A stretch of 64,000 nt of DNA, from positions 22,332,558-22,396,557 of the forward strand of contig OZ316895.1 of assembly GCA_973895155.1 (NCBI GenBank), read 5' to 3'. Every line of letters begins with the position of its first letter. Position 1 is the first letter of the stretch. This DNA comes from Marsupella aquatica (lineage: Eukaryota > Plantae > Marchantiophyta). Shown piece by piece: positions 40,361 to 52,989 of this stretch. The position numbers and the translations under genes were made by a program. Below the pieces are notes generated by a model, which made no database searches, had not been told where the DNA came from, and saw nothing but the letters and a program-made list of their open reading frames with translations.

Positions 40361-41484
40361 GATAACCTGTATTCTGTTCAGATACTAAGTATGGAGTCGG
40401 GCGCGAGTTCAAAGTCCAATAGTTAATGAGATGAAACAGTGTCCATGGAGAAGAGCACCTTCAAATCAATTTTTGGATGTGAATGAATAGTATAATTATC
40501 TACTACTGAAATAACAAATCTTACTAATAAAACTCAATGCAAAAGCTACTTTCTAGGGCTATGGTCTAGAGTTAAACCTCTATGCCATAACTGTCAATAA
40601 GGACATAACTGATAGTGAGATTAAAAAAACAAGGTTGACAATGATGAAAGAGAAATAGCATAGAATACATATTTTTGTATTCAATTCGATTTACATTCAA
40701 AGAATGGTTACTCGGCCCAGAGAGACATGGCTGTGTGGTAGCTCACACGAGTTGGGACTCATAAGTCTAGTGTTCTCAAATGTTGTGACTGATTTATTTT
40801 TTTTGGTTATTCTGTTAGTACTTCCAAATATAAACCTGTATGGTATTTCACAAATTTCACCTTTGAAAAAAAATGGTTACTCTGCTAGTACCTCCAAAAA
40901 CAAGTACAGACCTGATAACCTACATTGTACAGAAATTAAATATAGAGCTGGGCGCCAGTTTGAACTCCCTCCGGCTGAGTTAAGGGGAATCCTTATAGGA
41001 GTTGATACAGACCTGAATATAAAATGGGGGAAGTGTTGATACTTAAATTTTATATATTTATTTAGTTATTTATTTTATTTTATTTTATTTTGGGGTGGGG
41101 GGGGGGGGGGGCAAGTTAATCATATGGGATAGTTTTGGGGGACAAGTTAGCAAAAAGTTGTAACCTGCATTCTGTACAGAAATTAAATATAGAGAAGGGT
41201 TGAGTTAAGGGGAACCGTATACAAGCTAATACAGAGTCTAATATGAAATGGGGAACCGGTTGATCATTAATTTTGTTTTGTGGGGCAAGTTAATAATATG
41301 GGATAGATTAGGGGGACAAGCTAATAAAAACCTGTACCTATATTTTTGTACAGATATTAAATATAGAGTTGGGCGCGAGTTCGAACTCCCTCCAGCTGAG
41401 TTAAGGAGTAAAAAACTTTGGTACGAGGAGAAGAGCACCTTGGAATCAATTTTTGAATGTGAATGAATCGCATAATTATCTAAT
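40361..41484. repeat. Four copies of a ~150-250-bp repeat with tRNA-like A/B boxes on the minus strand, plus a G16 run
   Basis: Copies at about 40361, 40911, 41159 and 41331 share TGTACAGAAATTAAATATAGAG-like cores. The minus strand reads TAACTCAGCTGG-AGG-GAGTTCGAACTC. Poly-G at 41097-41112. Confidence 0.7.
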
Positions 41485-42730
41485 CTGCCGTTGTTGCTCT
41501 TCGGGCTTCTGTCTGTCTGCTCGCGGACTCGCCTCACTCACTCACTCACCACGCCAATATACGGGACGAACATTCGACCTCGGACATTCCCAATTCGCAG
41601 CAGCATTATCACAGTAAGCCACAGCCATTCCTCTGCACAGCTCGAAATTGCTCGCTCCCTGCTGCCATGCAAGCTCACCTCATTATTAGGTCAAGTCTAG
41701 AATTGCTTTTCCCTCCTCTCCTCTCACACTCACACTGCACTGCACTGCACTACACTGCGCTCCAATTTAATCCACGGGCTGTTGTGGTTCGTTTCTACAG
41801 CGGTCTGCCGTGACATTCGTGCATTCGCATATTTTTGGCGTAATTTGAAGGCATGAGGTTTCGGACGGGTTTGAAATACACAGCTTGGAGAAGCTGAGTG
41901 CTCTCGAATCCTCGCGTTTCTTTGGCGGTGTGGTAAAATTCTTTTTCGTTTGGCGTCTTCCACGAGTTTGATTGGTTGAATCAGGCGAGCTCGCGTTCGG
42001 CTGAGGCTTATGTGTTGCCCGGGGTTACGTCGGGTTGCAATCTGGTGACTGTATTCTGCTGGTACGTTTAATCTCGACTGCGTACGCTTGCATGTGTATT
42101 GTATATTGTATATTTTGGTGCTGTTTCCTGCAAGGTTGTCGCGAAAAATGGACTGAGATCCATTTGTTGTAATTAGGAGCCACAAACGAGTGAGACCTAC
42201 GTGAAGTACTCTGTGGTTGGGACCAATCTAGCTCTACATAGATTTTTGGTGAGCGTTCGTCACAAATTATCCGTGAGCCATGCGGACCTAATAATGCAAT
42301 GTGCAAAGACAGTCAGACACATGGCTTGTGAAGAGAAGCATGAAAAAATGTTTCAATAGGGAGAGAAGCTACGGGAGAGGTTAGGAGAGTCGTAATTTAT
42401 CTTGCATTGTTCTTCCGTTGCCAGTGCTGGCGGTCAACCCACAGGTCCAGAGTTTATATTTGATTTTATTTAAAGTTTTACTAATCAGCCTGTCAGACTC
42501 AGTTGTAGGTAGTTGCATTCATCCTACCAAGCTCGAGAAGAACGTTTGGGCTACCTTTTTTTTGACAAATTGACAGTGAGATACGGGAGCCTAATCGTGG
42601 TCTCATTGGTCCTTGGTGTCCTTGGTCTGTAGTAGCGAGGAAAACAGAAGAAGGAATTGGGTGTAGGTAGGGGAGAGGAGCTAGGAGAAAGGTTAGCACT
42701 ATTGAGCACCCGCTGTTCATCTGGTGTCTG

Positions 42731-43032
42731 TGCTGGCATTTAGCCCACAAATACAGAATGACTAAGTTATTCAAAATAATATCTGAGTTAATCAGTATTT
42801 TCAAACACTTCAGCAAGCCTTACTTTGCTGGCTTTTGGCACACACCCACAAAATGATTATAGTTTTTCAAAGGTTATTTGAGTTAGGCTAATCAATATTT
42901 TCAAAAGGATTCAGCAAGCCTCACTTTGCTGGCTTTTAGCCCACAAGTACTAAATGATTATGTTTTTCAACTATTGTTTGAGTCAGGCTAATCAGTATTT
43001 TCAAAATAACATCCAGCAAGCCTTACTTTGCT
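42731..43032. repeat. ~100-bp x3 tandem repeat upstream of the ING2 start codon (probably a 5' UTR intron)
   Basis: TGCTGGC..AATGA..TTCAA..TAATCAGTATTTTCAAA..CAGCAAGCCTTACTT three times. Confidence 0.85.
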
Positions 43033-43328
43033 AGCAGCACACATTTTTGCATGGTTTACGAAACTGATTTTGTTTTATCATGATGCTAGATTGCCATAGG
43101 TGCGAGGCAATGACCGGAATCTCAAATTAGCGTCCAGTTTGTAGCTTCATGGAATGCGGTTGCAAAATTTATTATTTCCTCTCAAATAGCTTTAGCCCAA
43201 ATTCTGATATCTGAACTTTGTTGGGTGCACGCAGTTCATTTCTAAAGTGTGTAGAAGCACTACATGAAATCTCAGCTGAAATGTCGTCGCAACGTGCATC
43301 CTGAAGAGGCCATCAAAATTGCCTGGAC

Positions 43329-46300
43329 ATGGCTATAGCCAGAACGGGTGTTTATGTCGACGACTATCTTGACTGTACACCGTCTACACCCTTAAATATT
43401 ATAAACCATGTTTCCGTATTTACCTGCTTTGGAGATCTGGCCTAGTGACATATATTTCTAGCATAGGTTCGGAGTGCAGGGTTGGACCATATACTGTTTG
43501 TTGAGCTTTCTGCTTTAGCATCAGTCCTTGGCCACCTCAATACTTCCGAAACGTCAGTAGTAGCTTGCTGCATCACAAATCGACTACAGCTTACGTGAAG
43601 CTTTAGAAAACAAAGAACTATGATGTACTTACTTGGATGGTAGAATTGGTTGTACTTGTAGGACAAGGGGATATGGCGATGAAAGAGGAATTAGATCAAT
43701 TTTATTAGAGCAGACTTATTGGACTTGTTTCAGAACTCTATTATAAGCTCTTGGACTCTTTTCTGGTCCTTTCTGAGAGGGAATAGTGATGTTAATTGTT
43801 GACACCTACAAAATATTTCTCGCAGATTCCAGCTCTCTACCCGCCGAACTTCAGAGGCACTTGTCTACGATGAGGGAACTGGATGAGCGTTCTCAGAGTA
43901 AGTCGTTATACATCTCGTAATTGCGTTTTCCTTGCTCTTAAGTCGCAAGGTCTGCGAGTGTTACACCTAGGCATTGTATAGCAAGGTTACCTTGAAATTT
44001 CGGTGCTATAACAACACAGTGCCTCATTTGGATGTGATAACACACATGTACTTCTATCCCCTTCTTTGACCGAGTATGGATCTAGCACAAATGGAGATTG
44101 TCGCTTTCATTCTTCACATATATGGATCTACTCCGTAAATGCCTTTTCTGGTCATGGTTGTCGGCAAGCCCCACAGAGAAAATAAGAGAAGCTGTGTGCA
44201 CGTACGAAAAAAACTTTGTAGTTCAGGCTGCAGTTTGGAAGTTGTGGTGCTTAATGGACATTGGCATGGCAGCAATGGTGGCCCAATTACGGGAGATGAC
44301 CAAAGTGTGTCTGAATATGCCTGCTCAACATTCAAAGAAGGCAACACCAGAACAAGAAGGAATGGTTGAGAAATTACGGAAAGAGATTGAAACCAATCAA
44401 GAGAACGCTATTAGTCTCTGCACAGAGAAAGTACTGCTGGCGCAGCAGGCTTATGACTTGGTGATGTCTCAGTGTTTTAACTCCTCTTTGTAAAAGAAAG
44501 CATTATAAAGGACTTAGGATAGATGGGTCAGTCAGCGATTGAGGTATCTATAACATTCTTACAAGTCTAAGCAGGTCCGTTTGTCGGATGTTTAAAGCAG
44601 AATAGAAATTTCGTGTCTACTTTCGGAATGCATAATAGGAAGCATGAGTTTTGGCCGTTATGATAGAAGTGCACATCCTGATATTATTTTTCGCACAGCA
44701 ACAGTTTGCTGATGTTTTGCTAAGGAGTCAAGAGGCATTTGGCATAGTCTGCAAACAACAAACCATTGCTTCCTGTTATGTGTGTCCTTTGCATGACTAA
44801 ATCCTTCTTCTGCGTTATTACATATCTTGTCAAACTGGGATTGTCATAAATTCATTCTTACAGCCAAGAAGTGGAGGTTCAGGTGGCCTCTTACCCCTTC
44901 TGCAATTGTATAAACAGATTGACCAGCATGTTAAGCGCTTGGATGAGGACCTGAGGACCTTTGCGGATGATTTAAGACAAGGTGTGTCTACTTTTACAAT
45001 TGATGTTTCGAGACGTCCGCATCACCTGTGCGCTGCCTTTAATGTACGGCAGCAGTTTAAGCAGTTGCATGATCCGTGGTGTAGGGCCCTGTTTATGTCA
45101 AGTTATTTGTCCTTTCTGGAATAGTGAAGCTGAGTGAAGTCCTCGTCACTAAGCATTTCATATTTTCTACTGCTTATCCCCTGCCTTCAAAGGGACCAAC
45201 TTAAAAGTAGCTTTAGACTTGATATCAATGTGTCATCAAGCAAACGGATGACGAGAACAGCGAGCTTCAAGGTGGACTTACTGTAATTTTCTCGCACTTC
45301 TCACCAGTTGACTTTATTATCGATGAATAATTTAGCTATTTTTATCTTTCTGGTGCATCTGCACGATTCTGGCTTGGATTCTGACTCTTATGATCGACTT
45401 GCTGTTTTGTGTAGAGGGAAAGATACCACAGGATGAACCGGCAATACTACCATTGACTACAAATCGAGATGAGAAGAGGAAGGGCCAATTTGGGGCACCC
45501 CTTGCTAAGAGACTAGGAATGGAAAGAGACAGAGATCGGGATAGAGAGCGGGACCGTGATAGGGATCGAGAAAGGGATCGTGAACGAGACAGTGAGCTCA
45601 TGCCTCCCCCTGGTAGTCACAAAAAGAAAATTCAACCACCGCCAGCAGATGTTGATCAGCCAATCGATCCAAATGAGCCCACCTACTGCACATGTGGCCA
45701 AGTGAGATTTGTACACTTTCTCACCGGAGAAGTGGGCTTAGGACAGAGCAAGTCATATTGTTTGTGTTTGCAGTTTCACTTAATGACCATTTTTTTCATA
45801 ATTTCGTATATAAATTATTGTTTCAAAGCAGAGAAAGAATTCAATCAGACATTAGGTCTGAGACATTTGAAATCTTTGAATGTGCTTGACATTCAAGGTC
45901 TCATGTCTTCTACATCGCTTGGTAGTGATATCACACTTATGGATCGTGTCACAGAATATTCTCTTGATACTTTTCAGAAGTAACTGGATTGGTCGTCCAG
46001 ATTTTAAGATTGTTGGCTGCACTGTGGGTTTGTTGGAGGCTATCGATCACATCTTTTAAATAGTCAAAAAGACCATCCTTCGGCCTTTTGTTTTTAACAA
46101 GAAACCTAAGCTGGACATTCATGACCAAGCTTGTGCCATTCTGAAAGCTTAATGACTAGTAGAAACCAGCCAGGACTGTAGCGTCAACTCACTCCTGCCT
46201 ATTTCTGTTGCTGTCTGTCCTTTGGTCGAGTTCATCCGAGTGGCAACTTGCGTCACCTATTTTTTTGTGTTCGGTACTTTCATGCTTTCATTGTCGAGGG

Positions 46301-46808
46301 GGCATGCTAGTCTTCGTAGTCACCTAGTTTTCTGAACTTCATGTACCCTTAGGATTGCTTGGTGACATCATATCTATCGATTGATTCAGACTTGCTTGTT
46401 AGTCTCGCTTTTTTTAATGTTGGTCTAGCTGCTAATCCCTTTTAACACACGTGAGTTGATGGGCAGGTCTCTTTCGGCGATATGATCGCATGTGACAATG
46501 AAAACGTAAGTTCAATCCAACATTTCCATTATCCGATTATTCTGATTGGTAGGACTCTGACATCACTTCCATTCCAAATAACCGGTGAGTGGACATTAGA
46601 AACAGGTGCTGCGTAAGAAATGAAGTTTATGGCGGCCGTGTAGTCTTCATTTTAACGAGTGAGAGCTTTGTGCTTGCAGTGTAATGGTGGGGAGTGGTTT
46701 CATTACCAATGTGTTGGGCTAAGCTCAGAAACTCGCTTTAAAGGGAAATGGTACTGCCCAGACTGCAGGTCATTGCAGCGGAGGGGTCTCTTAGAACCCC
46801 CTTTATAG
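43329..46808 (+). CDS. ING2: PHD finger protein ING2 (inhibitor of growth family), 7 coding exons
   Basis: Exons 43329-43374, 43826-43897, 44273-44460, 44918-44981, 45415-45701, 46467-46505 and 46680-46808. Motifs: [39 protein letters not shown], an RD repeat with ELMPPPGS, and the PHD finger [45 protein letters not shown]. Confidence 0.96.
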
Positions 46809-48366
46809 CAAATTCTTTTTAGCTTTGTCACTCAGCAGCACCCCCTCTTGAATTGAATTGAGATGGTAATGCTGTCACGCCAATTTATCCTTGCTGCATT
46901 TCGGCGAGATTGTACAAGTTGTAAAATTCCCTTTATCAGAGAAAAAATTCGGATCCCTATGTGACATTATGTGTCTGGCCACCCTGATCTTCAGCTTCTG
47001 CTCTATTTGATATCTTCTATTTGTTTGTTCTTCACCTGAGCTTTGCCATTGCGTTCCCTTTACGCTCACACATTGTAGAAACCATAATGTTCTCTAAGAC
47101 TCTTTTGTTAGGTTAAATGGAGCTTTTCTGTACTGATGACGTGTATCGGATGAGATCATTTCTGTTCTCTCATTTAGGAGACGTTTAGATCAAATGCATC
47201 CAGATCTTTTGCAACTTAAGAAACTTGATTCAACTTGATTTTGTTGAAGTGTTTTTAAATTTCGTTTGATGCGGCATCTACCTGGAACATGACGTTCCAC
47301 CCATCCAGTACAAGCGGTCCATAGCTGCAAGGCTCTTGGAGTGTTTTCTAATCTACTAGTATCTGGATCAGTTTTCCCCTTTATTGGCATCCAGTACTGC
47401 GAATCAGATTGAATGACGTAACTTCAGTAAAGCTACAGCGAGCCATTGCTCCAAACTTCTCTGCTCACCTTTCCAAGTGACTGCTTTTGTGGTTGGATGA
47501 AACAAGTTCTCTGATGTTTCGAATGGAAACTCTCGTGTACAAGAAATTTGTGCAATTTCTGCACTTGCGAGACTTTTACTGGACTTCTTCATCGCGTATC
47601 CAGTAAATATAAACTATTTCTCTGTTCACATTGCTTAACATTTGGTGTTTACTTGCTTCGCTTCTACAAAATAAGGGCACCCAACCATGAAGTAACTTCA
47701 CAATTATGTCAATGGCAACAAGGCATACAGAGTATCTTTTCAGGCTACATCGATTGCCTACTTATGGATCTATCTACGTACCCTTGGAAGCGAAGGAAGT
47801 GAGATGGAGACACATGTCCAAATTTCTCTAGAACCTTCGTGGCAAATTGGCCAGGTAGACTTCACTAGACAGGCACGAAGTCCCCCAAGCTGCAAGATCA
47901 ACGAAGAAAGGCTGAATTGCCCCTGGTTGACGCCAGACACGACCCCCGTCTCCTGGAACAAGGTTCAAATGTTTTGGACTGCTTCTTACTACCAAACTGC
48001 CGCCGGATCTACCAATCAAAATGTGATTTGGTCTGCTCAGAATCAATAACACACAGTAGCTCAATATTAACGCGAACAATCCCATATCTTGACAAAATCC
48101 CTAGTTACTGCTTGAACTCTGTTGATTTGAACTTCTACTTTGATGCTCAGTCTCGTGGGCACCTTATATTCCAAAAGTAGGCAGAAGACACTTTCCCTTA
48201 TACTATCTGAATTATATCTCCCGTCCATTACTCCATAATTAGGCTGTCGCCTTACCCTGTATATATTGAATATAGACTGCCGCAGTCATGATTATTTCAC
48301 TTTTGCGTCTATCGCCAAGTGGTCTCAAGAGTGGGCCGTGAAGCACTGGTTGATATAAGCGGGCAC

Positions 48367-48428
48367 CTGCCAATGAAAAGTCTTTTGAATATCACCCACT
48401 GCCAATGAAAAGTCTTTTGAATATCACT
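48367..48428. repeat. ~32-bp tandem duplication
   Basis: CTGCCAATGAAAAGTCTTTTGAATATCAC twice. Confidence 0.85.
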
Positions 48429-49472
48429 CTACAACCTGTAAGTGTTGATAGGCTCTGATATACCATTTTGAGATCATAACCATAATTGTCTTACATGTCA
48501 GGGTTTCAACATGCTTCAAACCCTGTCCATAGAAACGATCTCCCACGTTTCTATGGCATTTTCTACATTGTACTCCTCCCTCTTACAGAACACAGAACAC
48601 GTCGGGAACTTAAGGCAAGTAACAAGATGGAATAGGATAGTTTCCTGAACTGCAAGGCATACAGCACATGGTGAAATAATCATCCTCCCGACATGGGTGA
48701 CCAACCATCTCACAAAGAATGAAAACGCACAATAAGATCTGCACAAGCAAACAGGATACATCCCTCCCCTTGCTGAAAATGCCATCACGTTCCCCTACAA
48801 CGTAAATATAAGTTCAGATACATTCCTACCAGTAACCCAGCTGACTACATCAATTCTCATTGCACTTCACAGCACACTCACCAGTTGAAAACCAGAAGTC
48901 TCTCCACAACGGGCAATTCCGACTCAATTCCGACTCAAGGACTGCGCCAGAGAGTGCCTCTTCACAACTCAAGAATAATCCAGTCACATCGTTTGGATAA
49001 AGAATTAGATACAGTACAGAAGGGCCTCTACACACAGAGTGTTGCGTGAGAACCACCAGTAGTTTCTTGCCATTAAGTAAAGTTCACAAGCGGATACACA
49101 AAAAACTCGTAATCATTTGGCGGAGACACTAATGGGCATTTGCTTTTCCTTCTCAGATATCCTTCATCTATCGTCTGTGCGCCACTGGCGTCATGATCCT
49201 AACTCGATACCTGATACTAGGGCCAAGCGTACTTGCATTGACGACGCACGGGCGTGGCATAGATCAGATTTAGGCCCCTAACCGAGAGCTCAACTGGGTT
49301 GAAAGAATGTGTATGAAACCTCTTGAGGGTAATCTCTTGTCCAAAAACTTAGAAGGACACCCCTCCCTGAATGATGCAATTAGTTGTTCGTACTGCAAAA
49401 ATATCCGAAAAGAAACGAGAAAATCGAGATTTTCCATGGAGCGCCTGTTGATCAAAAACAATCGCAACACCC

Positions 49473-50606
49473 TCAGGCTGCAGGAGATTGTTGTGTCGCG
49501 ATCAGAAGGGTGTTGACCATGACGTGAACAGCAGCCTCGTAGGTCGCGTTGTTATAGTGCATCCCATCCACAGTACATCTATACCCACATCCATGACTAA
49601 TTTTCTTCAGATCAATCAAAGTGAGAGGACCTCCGGGATGAACCAGATTGCTGTCCATAAGCGCTTCGTCATATTGCACACACGCTGCGGGACTCATTCT
49701 AGCCCGCTTCGTCTCGGTGTTTAGCCAGGAAGTGACCAGGGTCGGAAGGTTTAGCCAGAACATGTGCGGAACCTGAAGATTGTCACGAGAAACAGTCCCC
49801 ATTGTCCCAAATGACTTAGATTCCGAGTAAGAATGGGCCGGAAAGAGGGAGAGCAAGGCATCTCGCAGCTTGGCGAGACCCTGCCCATACCGAGTGGAGT
49901 TGGAATGGTACAGCATGTGCCATAATCCGCCTCCCATAATCAACACATCCGGATAAGTCATGTTGCGGCGATAGTCCACAATCAAGTTCGTCATATTGGA
50001 AGTAAACGGCGTCCACCTGTACTGGAACTTGATGTTCTCCTCCTCCCATATATACTCATAGGAAGAATGCTTCTGAGGGATATTTATACGGGCCGGGTTG
50101 GCATTCGGCATAAGAAGGTCCAGAAGAGACATGTAAAAGAATCGGAGCTGCGAGTCCCCTGCTATGACAATCCACGTTCCCCTGAACAAATCCACCATGT
50201 CCTGCGACTTCAGCTTCTCGTATCTACAAACTCCAGCTGCATAACCTGTCCGTGACCAATGGAACTCCCTCGACGATTGACCGTTTATGATATCGTCTGG
50301 TAGTCTGTAGCTGTCCGTGTCCTCCCAGACGAGGTCATGGACGTGGAGGAGACAATTCACAGGAGGGTTCACAAGAGGGGGAACCGCGTTTACCACTGTT
50401 AGATAGGGCCAGGGAGAGTGGATGGAGTGTAACACAGAGGACATGGAGGGAAAGTAGGGGAGGAGATGTACGGAGACGGCCAAGACTATGAACAACGCGG
50501 CACTGAAGAAAAGAATGCGATTTCGCGTGAGGTGCCATCCTGCGAGAGCCATCGGTACGAAGACTACGCCCCCGGCTAGCACTCCAGCCTGCAGTGCCAC
50601 CCCCAT
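49473..50606 (-). CDS. AXY9: ALTERED XYLOGLUCAN 9-like Golgi polysaccharide O-acetylation protein (SGNH/PC-esterase fold), intronless CDS
   Basis: N-terminal TM region VFVPMALAGWHLTRNRILFFSAALF..VHLLPYFP. GDSQ, YPDVLIMGGGLWHML, CTVDGMHY and AAVHVMVNTLLI all match Arabidopsis AXY9. ATG at 50606. Confidence 0.93.
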   Translation of the reverse strand: MGVALQAGVLAGGVVFVPMALAGWHLTRNRILFFSAALFIVLAVSVHLLPYFPSMSSVLHSIHSPWPYLTVVNAVPPLVNPPVNCLLHVHDLVWEDTDSYRLPDDIINGQSSREFHWSRTGYAAGVCRYEKLKSQDMVDLFRGTWIVIAGDSQLRFFYMSLLDLLMPNANPARINIPQKHSSYEYIWEEENIKFQYRWTPFTSNMTNLIVDYRRNMTYPDVLIMGGGLWHMLYHSNSTRYGQGLAKLRDALLSLFPAHSYSESKSFGTMGTVSRDNLQVPHMFWLNLPTLVTSWLNTETKRARMSPAACVQYDEALMDSNLVHPGGPLTLIDLKKISHGCGYRCTVDGMHYNNATYEAAVHVMVNTLLIATQQSPAA

Positions 50607-51380
50607 CACCGCAATCCAAGGATTTGGAACCCGCCTCTCTTACTCCAACGAAAGCTCCTGCTCCTGCTGCTGGTACTGAAATCCTCTGCTGCCCTTTGTC
50701 GCTGTTGACTATCAGTCTCCACCCGATTCGATTTCCCCCCGCGGTTGTTGTGCCACAAGGCATTCACCTGTCTACCTCGGTTCATGGCCGCAATGGTGTC
50801 TGGCGTCCACACTCCTCCTGTCGGCATGACCATCTGCTAAAGAATTGAAAGCCAAATCCGCACTCACCTTGAGAAATGCTCATCACGAGGCCGCTGCCGC
50901 AGCTCTTCATCCTCTTCCTCGCCCTGCAACCGCTTCCTCGTCTACCATCCCACAAGGCCCACGCCTTCCCACCCACATCTCACAAGAACAGCTCCTCTTA
51001 GCCATCATCCACGTCCTAATTAATCAAATAGAAAGATCCCTGTCCCTGTCCTCCAGTCCCATCTATGATGTAATCTGATCTAATCCACTTCCGTCCTTCC
51101 CGTGAGCCTCGCTTCCGCCTCTTCTCTTTCCCTTAGAGTGAATCAAGGCTGATCTCCGCTCAGAGGCCCTCCACGAGACTTCAAACTGTGTAAGATGCAA
51201 AACTCCTTAAAAATCAACAAAGCAAACTCGGGTCGAGAGGTCAATGAAGTTTTCCATCCCTTGAACGTCCCCTGTCATGTCCCCTGTTATCTCCTCCTCC
51301 ACGTATCTCCAGTCTTCGCCTGAGGCCCTGATTCCAGAGCACTTCGTCTCGTCGTGGTGCCGGCCACTACGCTCAGTACG

Positions 51381-51660
51381 AATTAATCACTTGCCTGTGA
51401 GACGCTGAGAGGGAATTCCACAACAAAAGTTCGACAGACCACCCAAGTACAGTATCTCCTGCCGATTGCTCCCTTCCTTGCCCCCTTTCGTCGTCCTTCT
51501 AGACTCCTCTGACCGAAGTGCGTCTTCTTCGACATTAGTCGGACGCTTTGAGCAAATTTATCACTCGCCTGTGAGATGCCGATAGCGCATTGCACGACAA
51601 GCGTTCGATCGAGAACCGAAGTGTCTCTTTCCGGTTGCTCTCACACCAGAAGTTCTAGAG
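51381..51660. repeat. Diverged ~174-bp-period duplication upstream of AXY9
   Basis: AATT.ATCACT.GCCTGTGAGA.GC...GTTCGA...TCTC...CCG.TTGCTC at about 51381 and 51555. Confidence 0.6.
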
Positions 51661-52954
51661 TCCTCTAAAGGGGGCGCGACGACTTCAACAGCAGTCGGTG
51701 GTGCCGCACGGCACGCAATCATGAGTGATCCGATTCAAGTATTCAACACTCGGCAATGATACGAGAACTCCCACAGCAGAAACTTTGGATTGGCAAAATA
51801 ATGCTCCGCAATGATGACGAAATTCATCAATCCAAGCCACGCCAAAGAAGAGAAGAGACGGAAAAGGGACCTCAACGACCGACATACGCCGACCCGACCC
51901 GACCCGATCCGAACCAACTCAACCAAGGCAATTCTCAAGCACCCTCTTCAAATCGGGACCTGACAACATTCCCCGTCGCTATCCTGCTAGGACCACACAC
52001 TACAGTACTTTGCGTACCGAATCCGTTCATGCTGAAGCACTGCAGCAGCTCCTGCTCCTCTGCAGCCTGCGAGCGAGAGAGTTGAGAGCGTCAGCAAGCA
52101 TCACAGACGAGGAAAAATGATTGCGCTGCTCCTCCGACAGATGCGCGAATCATACCACATTCTTCGAGAGCAGACCGGCCCGATCGGCAAGATCGATCCC
52201 GTCTGTCTCCTGCCACTTCCTGAGTTCCTGCAAACAGCATCCCTGCCGTCAGGCCCGAGCACTGTACATCGAGAGACAGAGCTCTCCAGGCTCCACTCTT
52301 TCTCGTCCTCTGCCGTTCTCTACGGGTCCTCCTTGCGCTCCGTCGTTGTCGACTGTCCTACAATTGCAGTCATGATTTCTTTCGTCCTTGCGCTCCCTTC
52401 ACTCTTTGCCCACGCTGGCCATCACCGCGCGAGTGACGGGATTCCTTTCTTTCTTGGGCTCTTTCCTCGTTGTCGAATGCTGTCTACCGGTACTTCTGAG
52501 TTTCTGACGGAGCGGATGCACGAGGCGCATTGGACCGGCATGCACGGCAACCAGCTCCAAGTGGCCGCTAAGTGACGAACAGGCAGAGCAGAGCAGAGCA
52601 GCTTTCTTCGAGGAAAGCGTACAGCTGACAGCACCTTTTATGGTTCAATTAAAGAGGCCCTAGCCATGATAAAAACCTCGGTTCTACATATTTCACCACT
52701 TTTAGTATTTATTGCTGAAATTGTGGAGCTTATTTTTTCTTGAATATATGAAGCAAAGTCTCACGGTAGAGGAATCAGGAATGTGATGAATGTAGCGGGG
52801 AGGTGACTGTAGAGGAGAGCAATGTGAAACAAGGAGAAGTCTGTGACACTTCTCCTTTTATATGGCCAATGGTGGTTTAATTAAGGAGCTATTTTCTCTG
52901 TTGTGGCCGGAATTTTAGACAAAGCAATTAGTCCAATTGTGAAGCATTACAATT

Positions 52955-52956
52955 TT

Positions 52957-52988
<32 letters not shown>

Positions 52989-52989
52989 T
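52955..52989. repeat. (TTTC)n microsatellite
   Basis: About 8 perfect units. Confidence 0.9.

Noticed and set aside
45520-45590. Arg-Asp/Arg-Glu dipeptide repeat in ING2
   Set aside because: A known feature of plant ING2 proteins, only modestly longer here.
50834-50867. GTGAGT...TAGCAG candidate intron upstream of AXY9
   Set aside because: At 34 nt it is below the usual plant minimum intron length.
52117-52575. 152-aa plus-strand ORF in the GC-rich region upstream of AXY9
   Set aside because: No recognisable domain; more simply explained as the antisense of the AXY9 leader or promoter.
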